64,000 nt of DNA, taken from contig CAYOSQ010000001.1 in NCBI GenBank assembly GCA_964406665.1, positions 7,412-71,411 of the forward strand, read 5' to 3'. This DNA comes from an uncultured Planctomycetia bacterium. Lineage in GTDB: Bacteria; Omnitrophota; Gorgyraeia; VGKH01; JBHPFN01. Below, one piece after another: positions 28,707-37,040 of this stretch (its first letter is position 1; the number at the start of each line of letters is the position of its first letter). A program made the position numbers and the translations under genes. Below the pieces are notes generated by a model. The model was not told where the DNA came from. It was given only the letters and a program-made list of their open reading frames with translations, and did not search any database.

Positions 28707-29345
28707 CTACTCCTGCAAAGAATTGATTGGCCAAACTCCGTCTATTGATTTGAAAGAAATCGATGTATCAATATTGGGAACCTTCTTCTCCAAAGTCAAT
28801 TCAAAAAATAAAGTCTCTCCATCGTCATATTGTTGGTTTACCGCTATTGTTTCAGAAGATGAACAAGTAAAAGAAACAACATTGTCAGTTATAACCTGAG
28901 ACACACTTACCACGCCAGAATTATCTGTTCGCATTAAACATCCTGTATTAGAGTTAACGCTATACACAATATTCGTATTAGCGGGATAGTATTCGAGAAC
29001 ATAATCACAATCGCCCCCTTCTTCTCCACCTTCACAACTACTAATCCAAAGACTTCCGTCATTATTTATATCCTTAGGAAGTGCAGCTGAAATGACACAG
29101 TTATTTACAGAGTTATGGTTAAACATTAACTTCTGCAGACCGTTTGGTTTTGCATTTCTTAGTTCTGACACTAATATGTTGGTTGCTCTATTGGCTTTTT
29201 GTTGCAACTCTACAGCAGAAAGCTCTGAAAAACTATATCTCATGGTAACAGCAAGAGCTGTAGCTCCAATGCCTGCAACTATGCTGAAAATTAAAGCTAC
29301 CATTAATACTTCTGGTAAGGTAAAACCAATATTTCTTAGCTTCAT
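28707..29345 (-). CDS. PilW-like type IV minor pilin
   Basis: IG|FTLPEVL class III signal; LQ..A......L..ELR.A helix. Confidence 0.8.
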   Translation of the reverse strand: MKLRNIGFTLPEVLMVALIFSIVAGIGATALAVTMRYSFSELSAVELQQKANRATNILVSELRNAKPNGLQKLMFNHNSVNNCVISAALPKDINNDGSLWISSCEGGEEGGDCDYVLEYYPANTNIVYSVNSNTGCLMRTDNSGVVSVSQVITDNVVSFTCSSSETIAVNQQYDDGETLFFELTLEKKVPNIDTSISFKSIDGVWPINSLQE

Positions 29346-29782
29346 AAACCAACCTCTATATATTCATCTACAATTTTTCCGTCAGTAATCCATCTAACAC
29401 CTACCTGAACATGTAAAGGCCTATCGGGCAATCCCGGAGACGCAGGAAGGTCATCTATGTATTCAACAGAAATCTTTTCTTCGGGAAGATATGGCGGATC
29501 GATCCAATCCCTTATATCAGGAGCTACTCCTTCGGGAAAATGTGTGATGTAAACAGCTTGGATACCTTCTTTTACTTCTATGCTTTTTAATATTTCTACT
29601 AAACGTTGGGCGTGTAAAGTTGCGGTCATCTGCTGGCCTAAAAGAATACGTAGTTGCCTGGCACAGGCAAAAGTTTTACCTGCTGCTACAAAAATAGCAA
29701 CAACAACTAGCAGAGAAATAAGAATCTCTACAAAAGATACTCCCAAGCGATTTTTGGAAAATACCTTAATCATTATATTCAA
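29342..29782 (-). CDS. PilV-like type IV minor pilin
   Basis: LG|VSFVEIL, AT.HAQ...E and V.V.V.W motifs. Confidence 0.75.
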   Translation of the reverse strand: MNIMIKVFSKNRLGVSFVEILISLLVVVAIFVAAGKTFACARQLRILLGQQMTATLHAQRLVEILKSIEVKEGIQAVYITHFPEGVAPDIRDWIDPPYLPEEKISVEYIDDLPASPGLPDRPLHVQVGVRWITDGKIVDEYIEVGL

Positions 29783-29890
29783 TATACCATAGAAATAATT
29801 CTGTACATAGAAAAATTTAAGGGAAAATATGTGGGGGCTTCGATGGTTTTATTATTTTAAGAATACAGTTAAATTATGTTTTTTCTTATC

Positions 29891-29918
29891 TTGAAAAGAC
29901 GCTATCTCGTGTTATACT
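29891..29918 (+). promoter_or_regulatory. Sigma70-type promoter of plus-strand minor pilin cassette
   Basis: TTGAAA-16 nt-TATACT with extended -10 TGn; same layout as the Tad pilin promoter. Confidence 0.55.
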
Positions 29919-30085
29919 TTTATAGTAAGCATAAACAGTTGATTGAACGCACTGTCTGTTAAAGATGGGCATTCAGAGACAAGTAAATTTACCTCTGACC
30001 CTTGTGAAAGACAAGATGCAGGTCTTTCCAACACAACGTTATTAGCCTTATTTCACATTCAGGGTAATTACTGGGTCAAAAATTG

Positions 30086-30124
30086 AAACCTATCTTTTCG
30101 GCTTAGATAAAGATGGGTTTTTTT
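30086..30124 (+). terminator. Intrinsic terminator inside 5' leader (attenuator)
   Basis: 12-bp stem AAACCTATCTTT/AAAGATGGGTTT plus U-tract, directly before the AAGGAG RBS of 30136. Confidence 0.7.
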
Positions 30125-30135
30125 AAGGAGATCGC

Positions 30136-30576
30136 ATGCGTTACGCAAAAAACAAAAAAGGCATGATGATGCTATTGGAGGTCTTGGTTTCTTCGGTGGT
30201 TACCACCATCGTCGTTGCCGTAATGACTCTTACCTTGGTGCAGGAAAGAAATTTTCGCGCAACCCTAGGAGAACAAATGATAGCCACGTTTCATGCGCAA
30301 CGAATTATTGAGACGATGAAAAAGATAGAAAAACAAAGTGGCATAGAAGCAGTATACAACAATCCCTATTTTCCCGTAAACGACGAAGTAGTATGGAGCA
30401 ATTGCGATTGCATTGATGGGATTCTATTGCCGGGAGAAGTGGCAAAAATTACCTATCCTGATGGCCCGCTGCCACCGCCGGGCACGCTTCCTCCACGACC
30501 CTTACGTGCGCGCGTTGAAATTTTATGGAATAATAACGGTCGAACGCTCACCGAGGTTATGGAGGTAAATCTATAA
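30136..30576 (+). CDS. PilV-like minor pilin (paralog of 29342..29782)
   Basis: KG|MMMLLEV. LG.QM.AT.HAQR..E..K.IE...GI.AVY and PG.LP.RPL are shared with the paralog. Confidence 0.75.
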   Translation: MRYAKNKKGMMMLLEVLVSSVVTTIVVAVMTLTLVQERNFRATLGEQMIATFHAQRIIETMKKIEKQSGIEAVYNNPYFPVNDEVVWSNCDCIDGILLPGEVAKITYPDGPLPPPGTLPPRPLRARVEILWNNNGRTLTEVMEVNL

Positions 30577-30578
30577 AA

Positions 30579-31235
30579 ATGACCCTCCATCCTTATTTAC
30601 GATTTTGTACATACCGATATAAAAAGAAGTCTGCTTCTTCTAAGGGGACTATTCTCATAGAAATGCTTATCGCTGTATTGATTATTGCACTTATCTCAGG
30701 TGTTGTAGGCGGCTTGTTGATTGCTCTCTCGCGGTTTTATTTTACCGAAATGGTTAAAACGGAACTTCAACAAAAAGGAAATCGCTCTATTACTCTTCTT
30801 GTTACAGAATTACGCGATGCGCAATCGCAGGGAACAGATATTTTAACCTTTACCCATGACAGCAACGGTAATTGTATAATCGATGCCTTTCTTCCCTACG
30901 ACGTCAATGACGATGATAGTCTTTGGAATTTAGCCTGTGATGAAGAAGGAAGACATTGTGATTTTAACATTGAATACGATGCTGCCGGCCAAATGCAGTA
31001 TATGGTTGATATGACGACTAACCAACTACAGCGCGTTTATACCAATGGAGTAGCATTGGTGCTATGCAATAATGTAAGAACGTTTATGTGTGCAGAGCCT
31101 GTTGGAGATGCGAATCAGTACGACGAAGGCGAGATGCTTTCGCTACGTCTTGAATTGTCCAAAGAAATTCCTTACCTTGGTCAAACGGCAGAAATAATTT
31201 TGGAAGATGGTGTATGGCTGGTGAATTCGCTCTGA
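30579..31235 (+). CDS. PilW-like minor pilin (paralog of 28707..29345)
   Basis: KG|TILIEML. ELQQK.NR, D.N.D.SLW, QYD.GE.L and DGVW..NSL are shared with the paralog. Confidence 0.75.
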   Translation: MTLHPYLRFCTYRYKKKSASSKGTILIEMLIAVLIIALISGVVGGLLIALSRFYFTEMVKTELQQKGNRSITLLVTELRDAQSQGTDILTFTHDSNGNCIIDAFLPYDVNDDDSLWNLACDEEGRHCDFNIEYDAAGQMQYMVDMTTNQLQRVYTNGVALVLCNNVRTFMCAEPVGDANQYDEGEMLSLRLELSKEIPYLGQTAEIILEDGVWLVNSL

Positions 31236-31259
31236 TATATTGAAAGGAGTATTCCTTAA

Positions 31260-33038
31260 ATGTTAGGCATTTATTCTCGCAAAGGACAAGTAGTTATTAT
31301 TACCTTAATACTTGTTGTTGCCTTCGCTGCAATCACCGCCAGCTTGTTTATGTCTTCTGTAGGTGAATGGATTTCTACGCGTCGCCAGCGCGACACAACA
31401 AAAGCAGTATGGGTTGCTGAGGCTGGCCTGCAACAGAGGATGCGAGATATAGAAACATGGTTTAATAACGGGCCTTTTCCTACAAACTTTCCCGTTGATT
31501 CTGATGAAATTGGTGACACGTATACGTGGCAAAACACTACTTTTTTCGGCGGAAACTACAATTCAAGTGCAACACTTATTCATATACGGGAATATGCTCC
31601 GGATACTCCGGATTATGTTCAGGAAGATCCACCTTCTGCAGAATATGTGTATTTAATTGAAGCAGAGGCAAATATATCCGCTCTCCCAGGACCTCAAGGA
31701 TTTACCACGCGCAAAGCCCAATGTGCAGTAGCATATGACTATCTTGGTCCAACCATATTTATAGATAGAGACAACAGAACATTAGGCAGAAGAGGAGCAA
31801 CGATTTTTGCTTCCGGAGGCATCTACAGATTAGCCAATATTATGCATTTCGGCAATCTAGATTTACCTCCAGGAAGATATAGCATGTCTTTTAGATCAGT
31901 CTATACTCAAGTTGCTGGCCCTCCTCTTCCTCCCAATAATGCTTCATACCCTTTGGCCCATGAAGATGCTTATATACATTTGGGCGACTCAAATATTTTA
32001 CTTGAGGAATGGACGGATGACGGCGATGGCTTTGAAGTAGACGGAGTGACTCCCTGCGTTGCTAATGATAGCGTTGTCTGTTACGGCGAATATAATATTC
32101 CCTGGGAGATGCAGAACTCTCATGAAGAATGGTATGAACATATTGATGAAGATGGAGTCCATGAAAATCCTCTGTATACTTTTGAAATCTCAGATGAAGA
32201 AGAAACTGAAATAGCAGAGTTCGCCTGCCACGGCGGAACACCTTCAGATCAAGATGCCGAAGAAGGCTCTTCAGGTTTTGTAGGCACCTGCTGGAATGAT
32301 CTTGATTTAGAAGAAGATTCAACCTGTAGCCAATTTTGCAACACCATTGACGACGCTTGTATCGGGCAAGATTGTATAACTCAATGCTGGGATGGCTGTC
32401 TTGACAATTTTCAGTGGAACCATCCTGATTCCGAATGTCATCGTAGATGCGAACCAATACATTGCATGAGATGGTGTGCGCAGGAATACCAACTTAAATA
32501 TCCCCAATCAGAATGCAACTTACTCTGTGCATCCGAGGCAGACCAAGCAAGCTGTGTGCAAACATGCATTGCTGATGAACAAAGCGGGCAAAACGGCAGA
32601 GAAGAATGCAAAGATTTCTGCGGAATTGAACCGCCAAATGGAATGACACAAATGGAAGCTTGCTTAACCGAATGTACTCTGGATACCACTGGGCTCCAAT
32701 TGGTATATGATGGGTCGTGGCATTCTGCATTTCTCTCGGAATGTCACAGAATCTGTGACAACATTACAGGCCCTCAACAATGTTTGGATAATTGTGATTT
32801 CTTATTCTTTAGAGAAGACATTCAAGGAGATATGCTGCTACGTACAGAAATAGGTCAATTTGATAACCAAAGACCATATCTACAAGGAGCTATGGAGTTT
32901 GATAAGCTTATTTTAACACCGGAAGACCCAGGTGCAAGCATCACTGACGTACAATGGATAACCAACCCTAGCCGCATAGAGATGCCACCAGAAGATCATC
33001 ATGGTAGGCATGCTGAAGAATTCGAACAATCATTTTAA
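31260..33038 (+). CDS. PilX-like minor pilin with cysteine-rich C-terminal domain (third paralog)
   Basis: KG|QVVIITL and AVWVAEAG. ILLEEW.DDGDGF, CYGEYNIPW, HPDSECHRRC.P.HCMRWCA and PYLQG are shared with the other two. Confidence 0.75.
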   Translation: MLGIYSRKGQVVIITLILVVAFAAITASLFMSSVGEWISTRRQRDTTKAVWVAEAGLQQRMRDIETWFNNGPFPTNFPVDSDEIGDTYTWQNTTFFGGNYNSSATLIHIREYAPDTPDYVQEDPPSAEYVYLIEAEANISALPGPQGFTTRKAQCAVAYDYLGPTIFIDRDNRTLGRRGATIFASGGIYRLANIMHFGNLDLPPGRYSMSFRSVYTQVAGPPLPPNNASYPLAHEDAYIHLGDSNILLEEWTDDGDGFEVDGVTPCVANDSVVCYGEYNIPWEMQNSHEEWYEHIDEDGVHENPLYTFEISDEEETEIAEFACHGGTPSDQDAEEGSSGFVGTCWNDLDLEEDSTCSQFCNTIDDACIGQDCITQCWDGCLDNFQWNHPDSECHRRCEPIHCMRWCAQEYQLKYPQSECNLLCASEADQASCVQTCIADEQSGQNGREECKDFCGIEPPNGMTQMEACLTECTLDTTGLQLVYDGSWHSAFLSECHRICDNITGPQQCLDNCDFLFFREDIQGDMLLRTEIGQFDNQRPYLQGAMEFDKLILTPEDPGASITDVQWITNPSRIEMPPEDHHGRHAEEFEQSF

Positions 33039-33066
33039 AGCATACAAAAAAATATTTCTGCTTTCG

Positions 33067-33104
33067 AAAAAAAAGAGCTGGTGATAAAAACACCAACTCT
33101 TTTT
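33067..33104. terminator. Probable bidirectional intrinsic terminator
   Basis: A-tract, AAAGAGCTGGTG / CACCAACTCTTT stem and T-tract between the convergent pilX-like gene and tRNA-Glu. Confidence 0.65.
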
Positions 33105-33137
33105 AATTTGAATTTATTGTTATCTGCTTAATAAAAA

Positions 33138-33215
33138 TGGTAGCCCCAGCGGGATTTGAACCCGCGTCTGATGGCTGAGAACCACCTGTCCTAGACCGGG
33201 CTAGACGATGGGGCC
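33138..33215 (-). tRNA. tRNA-Glu (anticodon CTC)
   Basis: GGCCCCATCGTCTAG...GGTGG TT CTC AG CCATC...GGTTCAAATCC...CTACCA cloverleaf. Confidence 0.95.
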
Positions 33216-33324
33216 AATAAATACGTATGATTATTCTACCAAAAAAAATAGCGGAGTCAATCCTAAATTTTGCTCTGTAAAAATAAAAAATGTCAAAGAA
33301 TAAGCTCATAACTCAATAAAACTA

Positions 33325-33353
33325 TTGACACTCCCAAGCGGTAAAGCTACAAT
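33325..33353 (+). promoter_or_regulatory. Sigma70 promoter of FIST operon
   Basis: TTGACA-17 nt-TACAAT; the ORF-track TTG start is this -35 box. Confidence 0.75.
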
Positions 33354-33375
33354 AAAAACACAAAAAGGAAATTTT

Positions 33376-34566
33376 ATGTCCACATTAATTGGCATCGGGG
33401 TCAGCTCGTCTGCCGACGCACAACGGGCCGCTCGCGAAGCAACGCAATTAGCAAAATTTCAAATAGGTCAAGAAGACCTTGATTTAATTATAGCTTTCTC
33501 CTCTCTGCGCTCGAGCCATCAAAACATCATTACTGGTATTCGAGAGGTTGCCTCAGCTGCTAAAATTATCGGCTGTTCTACCGCAAGCGTTATACTCAAT
33601 TCCGGAGTCGAAAAAGACACTGTTGCTATCATGGCTATCCGCTCAAAACAGATGAAGTTCGGATTAAGCTGTGAAGCTGATTTAGCAGGAAAAGATCCGC
33701 GTGCCGCAGGACAAAACCTAGCAAAAGCAGCCATGGCCAATTTAGGATACGGACACCGTAATGTTTTTACTATGTTTTCCGACGGACTGATCCAAAACAC
33801 AACAGATATTATCCGGGGAGTCCAGGATGTGCTGGGAAAAAGCTTTCTTTTTATTGGCGGTGCTGCCAGCGATGATTTACGATTTACAACAACATACCAA
33901 TATTTCCAAAACCAAGTTCTTACCGATAGCGCTCTGGGTCTGCTCTGGGGAGGAGATATTCACTATGGCTTTGGTATTCAGCATGGCTGGAAACCGATAG
34001 GTAAAGCCAGAACAGTAACTTCGTGTGAAGGCAGAATAATTAAAACCATAGATAACGCTGCAGCAATCAGCATCTATAAAGATTATTTTGGAGAAGAAGC
34101 AAACAATCTTTATAAAACAAAATTGGCGCGGACTGCTATTCTTTATCCTTTAGGTATTTATTTAGAAGATGAACAAGAGCATATTTTACGTAACGTACTG
34201 GAAGTAACCGAGGATGGCTTTCTTGTTTGCCAAGGAGACATACCCAAGGGTGCATCTATACGCCTGATGATTGGTAACAAAGACTCATGCATACAGGCCG
34301 CAAGACAAGCAGCAGAAGAAGCAAAAAATATGTTGCATTCTAAGCAGCCAAAATTTATTATGGTAATTGATTCTGTTTCCAGAAATAAGCTTCTGCAGAG
34401 AAACGCTGTGAAAGAAATTGAAGCGATAACAGAGGTGTTTGATAAAAGTGTTCCGTTAATCGGTTTTTACAGTTTTGGCGAAAGCGCTCCGCTTAAAACG
34501 CTAGGCTATCAAGGACAAGCATACTTTCACAATGAAGCTATTGCTATATTGGTAATAGCAGAATAA
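33376..34566 (+). CDS. FIST N/C domain sensor protein (NosP-like)
   Basis: IIGCSTA, GG.A.D, HGWKPIG...VT..EG.II..ID and GFYSFGE motifs. ATG 33376 follows AAGGAA. Confidence 0.9.
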   Translation: MSTLIGIGVSSSADAQRAAREATQLAKFQIGQEDLDLIIAFSSLRSSHQNIITGIREVASAAKIIGCSTASVILNSGVEKDTVAIMAIRSKQMKFGLSCEADLAGKDPRAAGQNLAKAAMANLGYGHRNVFTMFSDGLIQNTTDIIRGVQDVLGKSFLFIGGAASDDLRFTTTYQYFQNQVLTDSALGLLWGGDIHYGFGIQHGWKPIGKARTVTSCEGRIIKTIDNAAAISIYKDYFGEEANNLYKTKLARTAILYPLGIYLEDEQEHILRNVLEVTEDGFLVCQGDIPKGASIRLMIGNKDSCIQAARQAAEEAKNMLHSKQPKFIMVIDSVSRNKLLQRNAVKEIEAITEVFDKSVPLIGFYSFGESAPLKTLGYQGQAYFHNEAIAILVIAE

Positions 34567-34571
34567 AAACT

Positions 34572-36083
34572 ATGGACTCATTACTGCAAAATTTAAGCGT
34601 TGATGTAATCATTGACTGGCTAGGTTATATTTCACTGTTTTGTGTTATCTGCCTTATAGTAGTGCTTCTGGGAAAGGGAGAAAAAATAAAACAGCAGCGA
34701 CAAAGCTTGGAAAAACTACAAAAATCTTTTGACCAACTTGACGAACAAGCAAAGCTAATCGTTAAGACAGACCTTGAGCTTAATAAAACCCAGGAAGAGC
34801 TAGATAAAAAGGTTACTGGATTATATGCCTTACAAAGCATCTCTCACCTGGTCAGTACTACGCTTGATGAAAACGAAATTTTTGCACGCATCAGCCAAAA
34901 TTTAGTTGCCTCTCTAGGATTTGAAAAAGCGCTAATACTTATGTTCGATAAAGAACATAAAAACGTCTGGAAAACCACCTTAGGGTTTTCACAGGAACAA
35001 TTAAACATGTTTTTGATTCTTCTGGAAAAAGATCCTATCTTAAAGCAAGCAGCAAAAGAAGGCAAAACAATTAACTCATCTCATGTTTCCATAAAAGAAA
35101 TTGAACAGCTTTCTCAAACAATAGATGTTGCTTTTTTCATTATTTCTCCTATCCTAACCCAAGATGGAGTAATCGGTATCATGCTTGTGGGAAATAGCTC
35201 GATGGCTCCCGCCCTAACCGAAGGTGACCAAGAAATTGTTTCTATTCTCTCCACTCAATTGGGACAATCTATAGAAAATGCTCGCTTATTTGAACAAGTT
35301 TATAATTCCCATCAAGATCTGGAAAAGAAAGTAAAGATCAGAACCAAAGAACTCGCCGAGGCACTGGAGCAGGTCAAAAAAATCAGCAAAGCAAAATCGC
35401 AATTTGTCTCAGCTGTTTCACACGAATTAAGAACTCCTCTTACATCTATCAAAGGATATGCGGCAATTTTAATGGCCGGGACAATCGGTGAAATACCTGA
35501 TAAAATAAAAGAACGTCTTGAAAAAATAAATAAACACAGCGATAGTCTGGTTCAGCTAATAAACAACCTTTTAGATATTTCCAGAATTGAATCCGGCAGA
35601 GTCGCAATGAAACTTGAAGAGTGTGACTTAAAAGAAATGGTTCTTTCTGTTGCTGATATGCTGGTTCCTCAAACTAAAGAAAAGAAAATCAAGCTCGTGG
35701 CCAATGTGCCAGAAAACCTTTCTAAGATTTCAGCAGACACAAGTCAGATAGAGCGCGTATTTATTAATCTTTTAAGCAACGCAATAAAATTTACTCCGGA
35801 AAATGGTACAATAACGGTAGATATAAAAGAGATCCCCGGCGAAGCTATTGAAGCTTCTGTAACAGACACAGGTGTTGGTCTTGCCGAGGATGATCTTGCT
35901 AATGTATTTGAAGAATTTTACCGAGTAGACAATGCAATTAACCAAACGGTTAAAGGAACCGGCCTTGGGCTGCCTCTGGTAAAATATATTGTTGAAGCTC
36001 ATCAAGGAAAAATCTGGGTAAAGAGTACGCCAAACGAAAAAACTACTTTCACTTTTACTTTACCAAAAAAACAACAGGGATAA
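34572..36083 (+). CDS. GAF-containing sensor histidine kinase
   Basis: Single TM, coiled coil and GAF; H-box VSHELRTPL, NLLSNAIKF, DTGVG and GTGLGL. Confidence 0.92.
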   Translation: MDSLLQNLSVDVIIDWLGYISLFCVICLIVVLLGKGEKIKQQRQSLEKLQKSFDQLDEQAKLIVKTDLELNKTQEELDKKVTGLYALQSISHLVSTTLDENEIFARISQNLVASLGFEKALILMFDKEHKNVWKTTLGFSQEQLNMFLILLEKDPILKQAAKEGKTINSSHVSIKEIEQLSQTIDVAFFIISPILTQDGVIGIMLVGNSSMAPALTEGDQEIVSILSTQLGQSIENARLFEQVYNSHQDLEKKVKIRTKELAEALEQVKKISKAKSQFVSAVSHELRTPLTSIKGYAAILMAGTIGEIPDKIKERLEKINKHSDSLVQLINNLLDISRIESGRVAMKLEECDLKEMVLSVADMLVPQTKEKKIKLVANVPENLSKISADTSQIERVFINLLSNAIKFTPENGTITVDIKEIPGEAIEASVTDTGVGLAEDDLANVFEEFYRVDNAINQTVKGTGLGLPLVKYIVEAHQGKIWVKSTPNEKTTFTFTLPKKQQG

Positions 36084-36086
36084 AAT

Positions 36087-37022
36087 ATGTTAAAAACAAA
36101 AATCTTAACAGTTGATGATGATCCAGACATTCTGGATATTTTAAAGATTACCTTAACCGATGCTGGATACGAAGTAATCTCTGGGTCCGATGGAGAAAAA
36201 GGCCTACAGCTGGCTAGAACAAAATCTCCTAATCTTGTAATACTTGATTTTAATATGCCTAAGATGAACGGCCGCGAGGTCTGCCGGACATTAAAAGAAG
36301 ATATTCTCTTGCGACACCTTCCTATTATCATGCTTACCGGAAGGGGAGAAATCACTGATAAGGTTGGTGGAATAGAAGCCGGTGCGGACGATTATATAGT
36401 AAAACCTTTTGAGCCACAAGAACTCTTAGCTAGAATAAGAATGTTGCTGCGTAAAACAGAACGCGATCTTGATGCCAATCCTCTCTCTCGCCTTCCTGGA
36501 AACGTTTCCATTATGAGCGCACTGCAACAGCGTATTGATGGAAAATCAAAGTTCGCCGTAGGCTATGTAGATTTAAATAAATTTAAGGCATATAATGATA
36601 AGTATGGCTTTGAGCACGGAGATGATGTTATTAGAGAAACTGCTCGTATAATTTTAAGGACCACTAAAGCGCTCGGAGACCCTAATGACTTTACCGGACA
36701 TATTGGCGGAGATGATTTTGTTTTTATTACCTCTCTTGATAAATCCGATGCGATCTGCAAAAAAATAATTCAGGATTTTGATGCTTGTGCTCCTAGTTTT
36801 TATAATGAAGATGATCGGGCCAAAGGGTTTATTGCTGGTAAAGACCGCCAAGGAAATATGAGAGAAATCCCTCTGCTCTCTGTCTCTATCGGCGTAGTTG
36901 CTAATGATTCACGCGAAATTACTCACGTTGCAGAAATCGGAGAAATCGGAGCAGAGTTAAAAGAATACGCTAAAAGTCTTAAAGGAAGTAACTATGTAAA
37001 AGACAAGCGAAAAGAGATATAG
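36087..37022 (+). CDS. Response regulator with REC + GGDEF (GGDDF variant) domain
   Basis: REC motifs VDDD, LD..MP and GADDYIVKPF. GGDEF motifs NPLSRLPGN, D..FK.YND.YG...GD and HIGGDDF. Confidence 0.92.
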   Translation: MLKTKILTVDDDPDILDILKITLTDAGYEVISGSDGEKGLQLARTKSPNLVILDFNMPKMNGREVCRTLKEDILLRHLPIIMLTGRGEITDKVGGIEAGADDYIVKPFEPQELLARIRMLLRKTERDLDANPLSRLPGNVSIMSALQQRIDGKSKFAVGYVDLNKFKAYNDKYGFEHGDDVIRETARIILRTTKALGDPNDFTGHIGGDDFVFITSLDKSDAICKKIIQDFDACAPSFYNEDDRAKGFIAGKDRQGNMREIPLLSVSIGVVANDSREITHVAEIGEIGAELKEYAKSLKGSNYVKDKRKEI

Positions 37023-37040
37023 TTAGTTGTTTAATCAATT

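Noticed and set aside
5228-33038. Cys/His-rich pilins as multiheme cytochromes or nanowires
   Set aside because: No CxxCH motifs were found. Spacing is CxxxC, CC and ECHRRC, which fits disulfide or other metal scaffolds better.
25137-33215. Integrative island at the tRNA-Glu 3' end
   Set aside because: No integrase, and no duplicated tRNA 3' end (att) was noticed by eye within the window.
33103-33309. 68-aa ORF
   Set aside because: It overlaps tRNA-Glu and its promoter.
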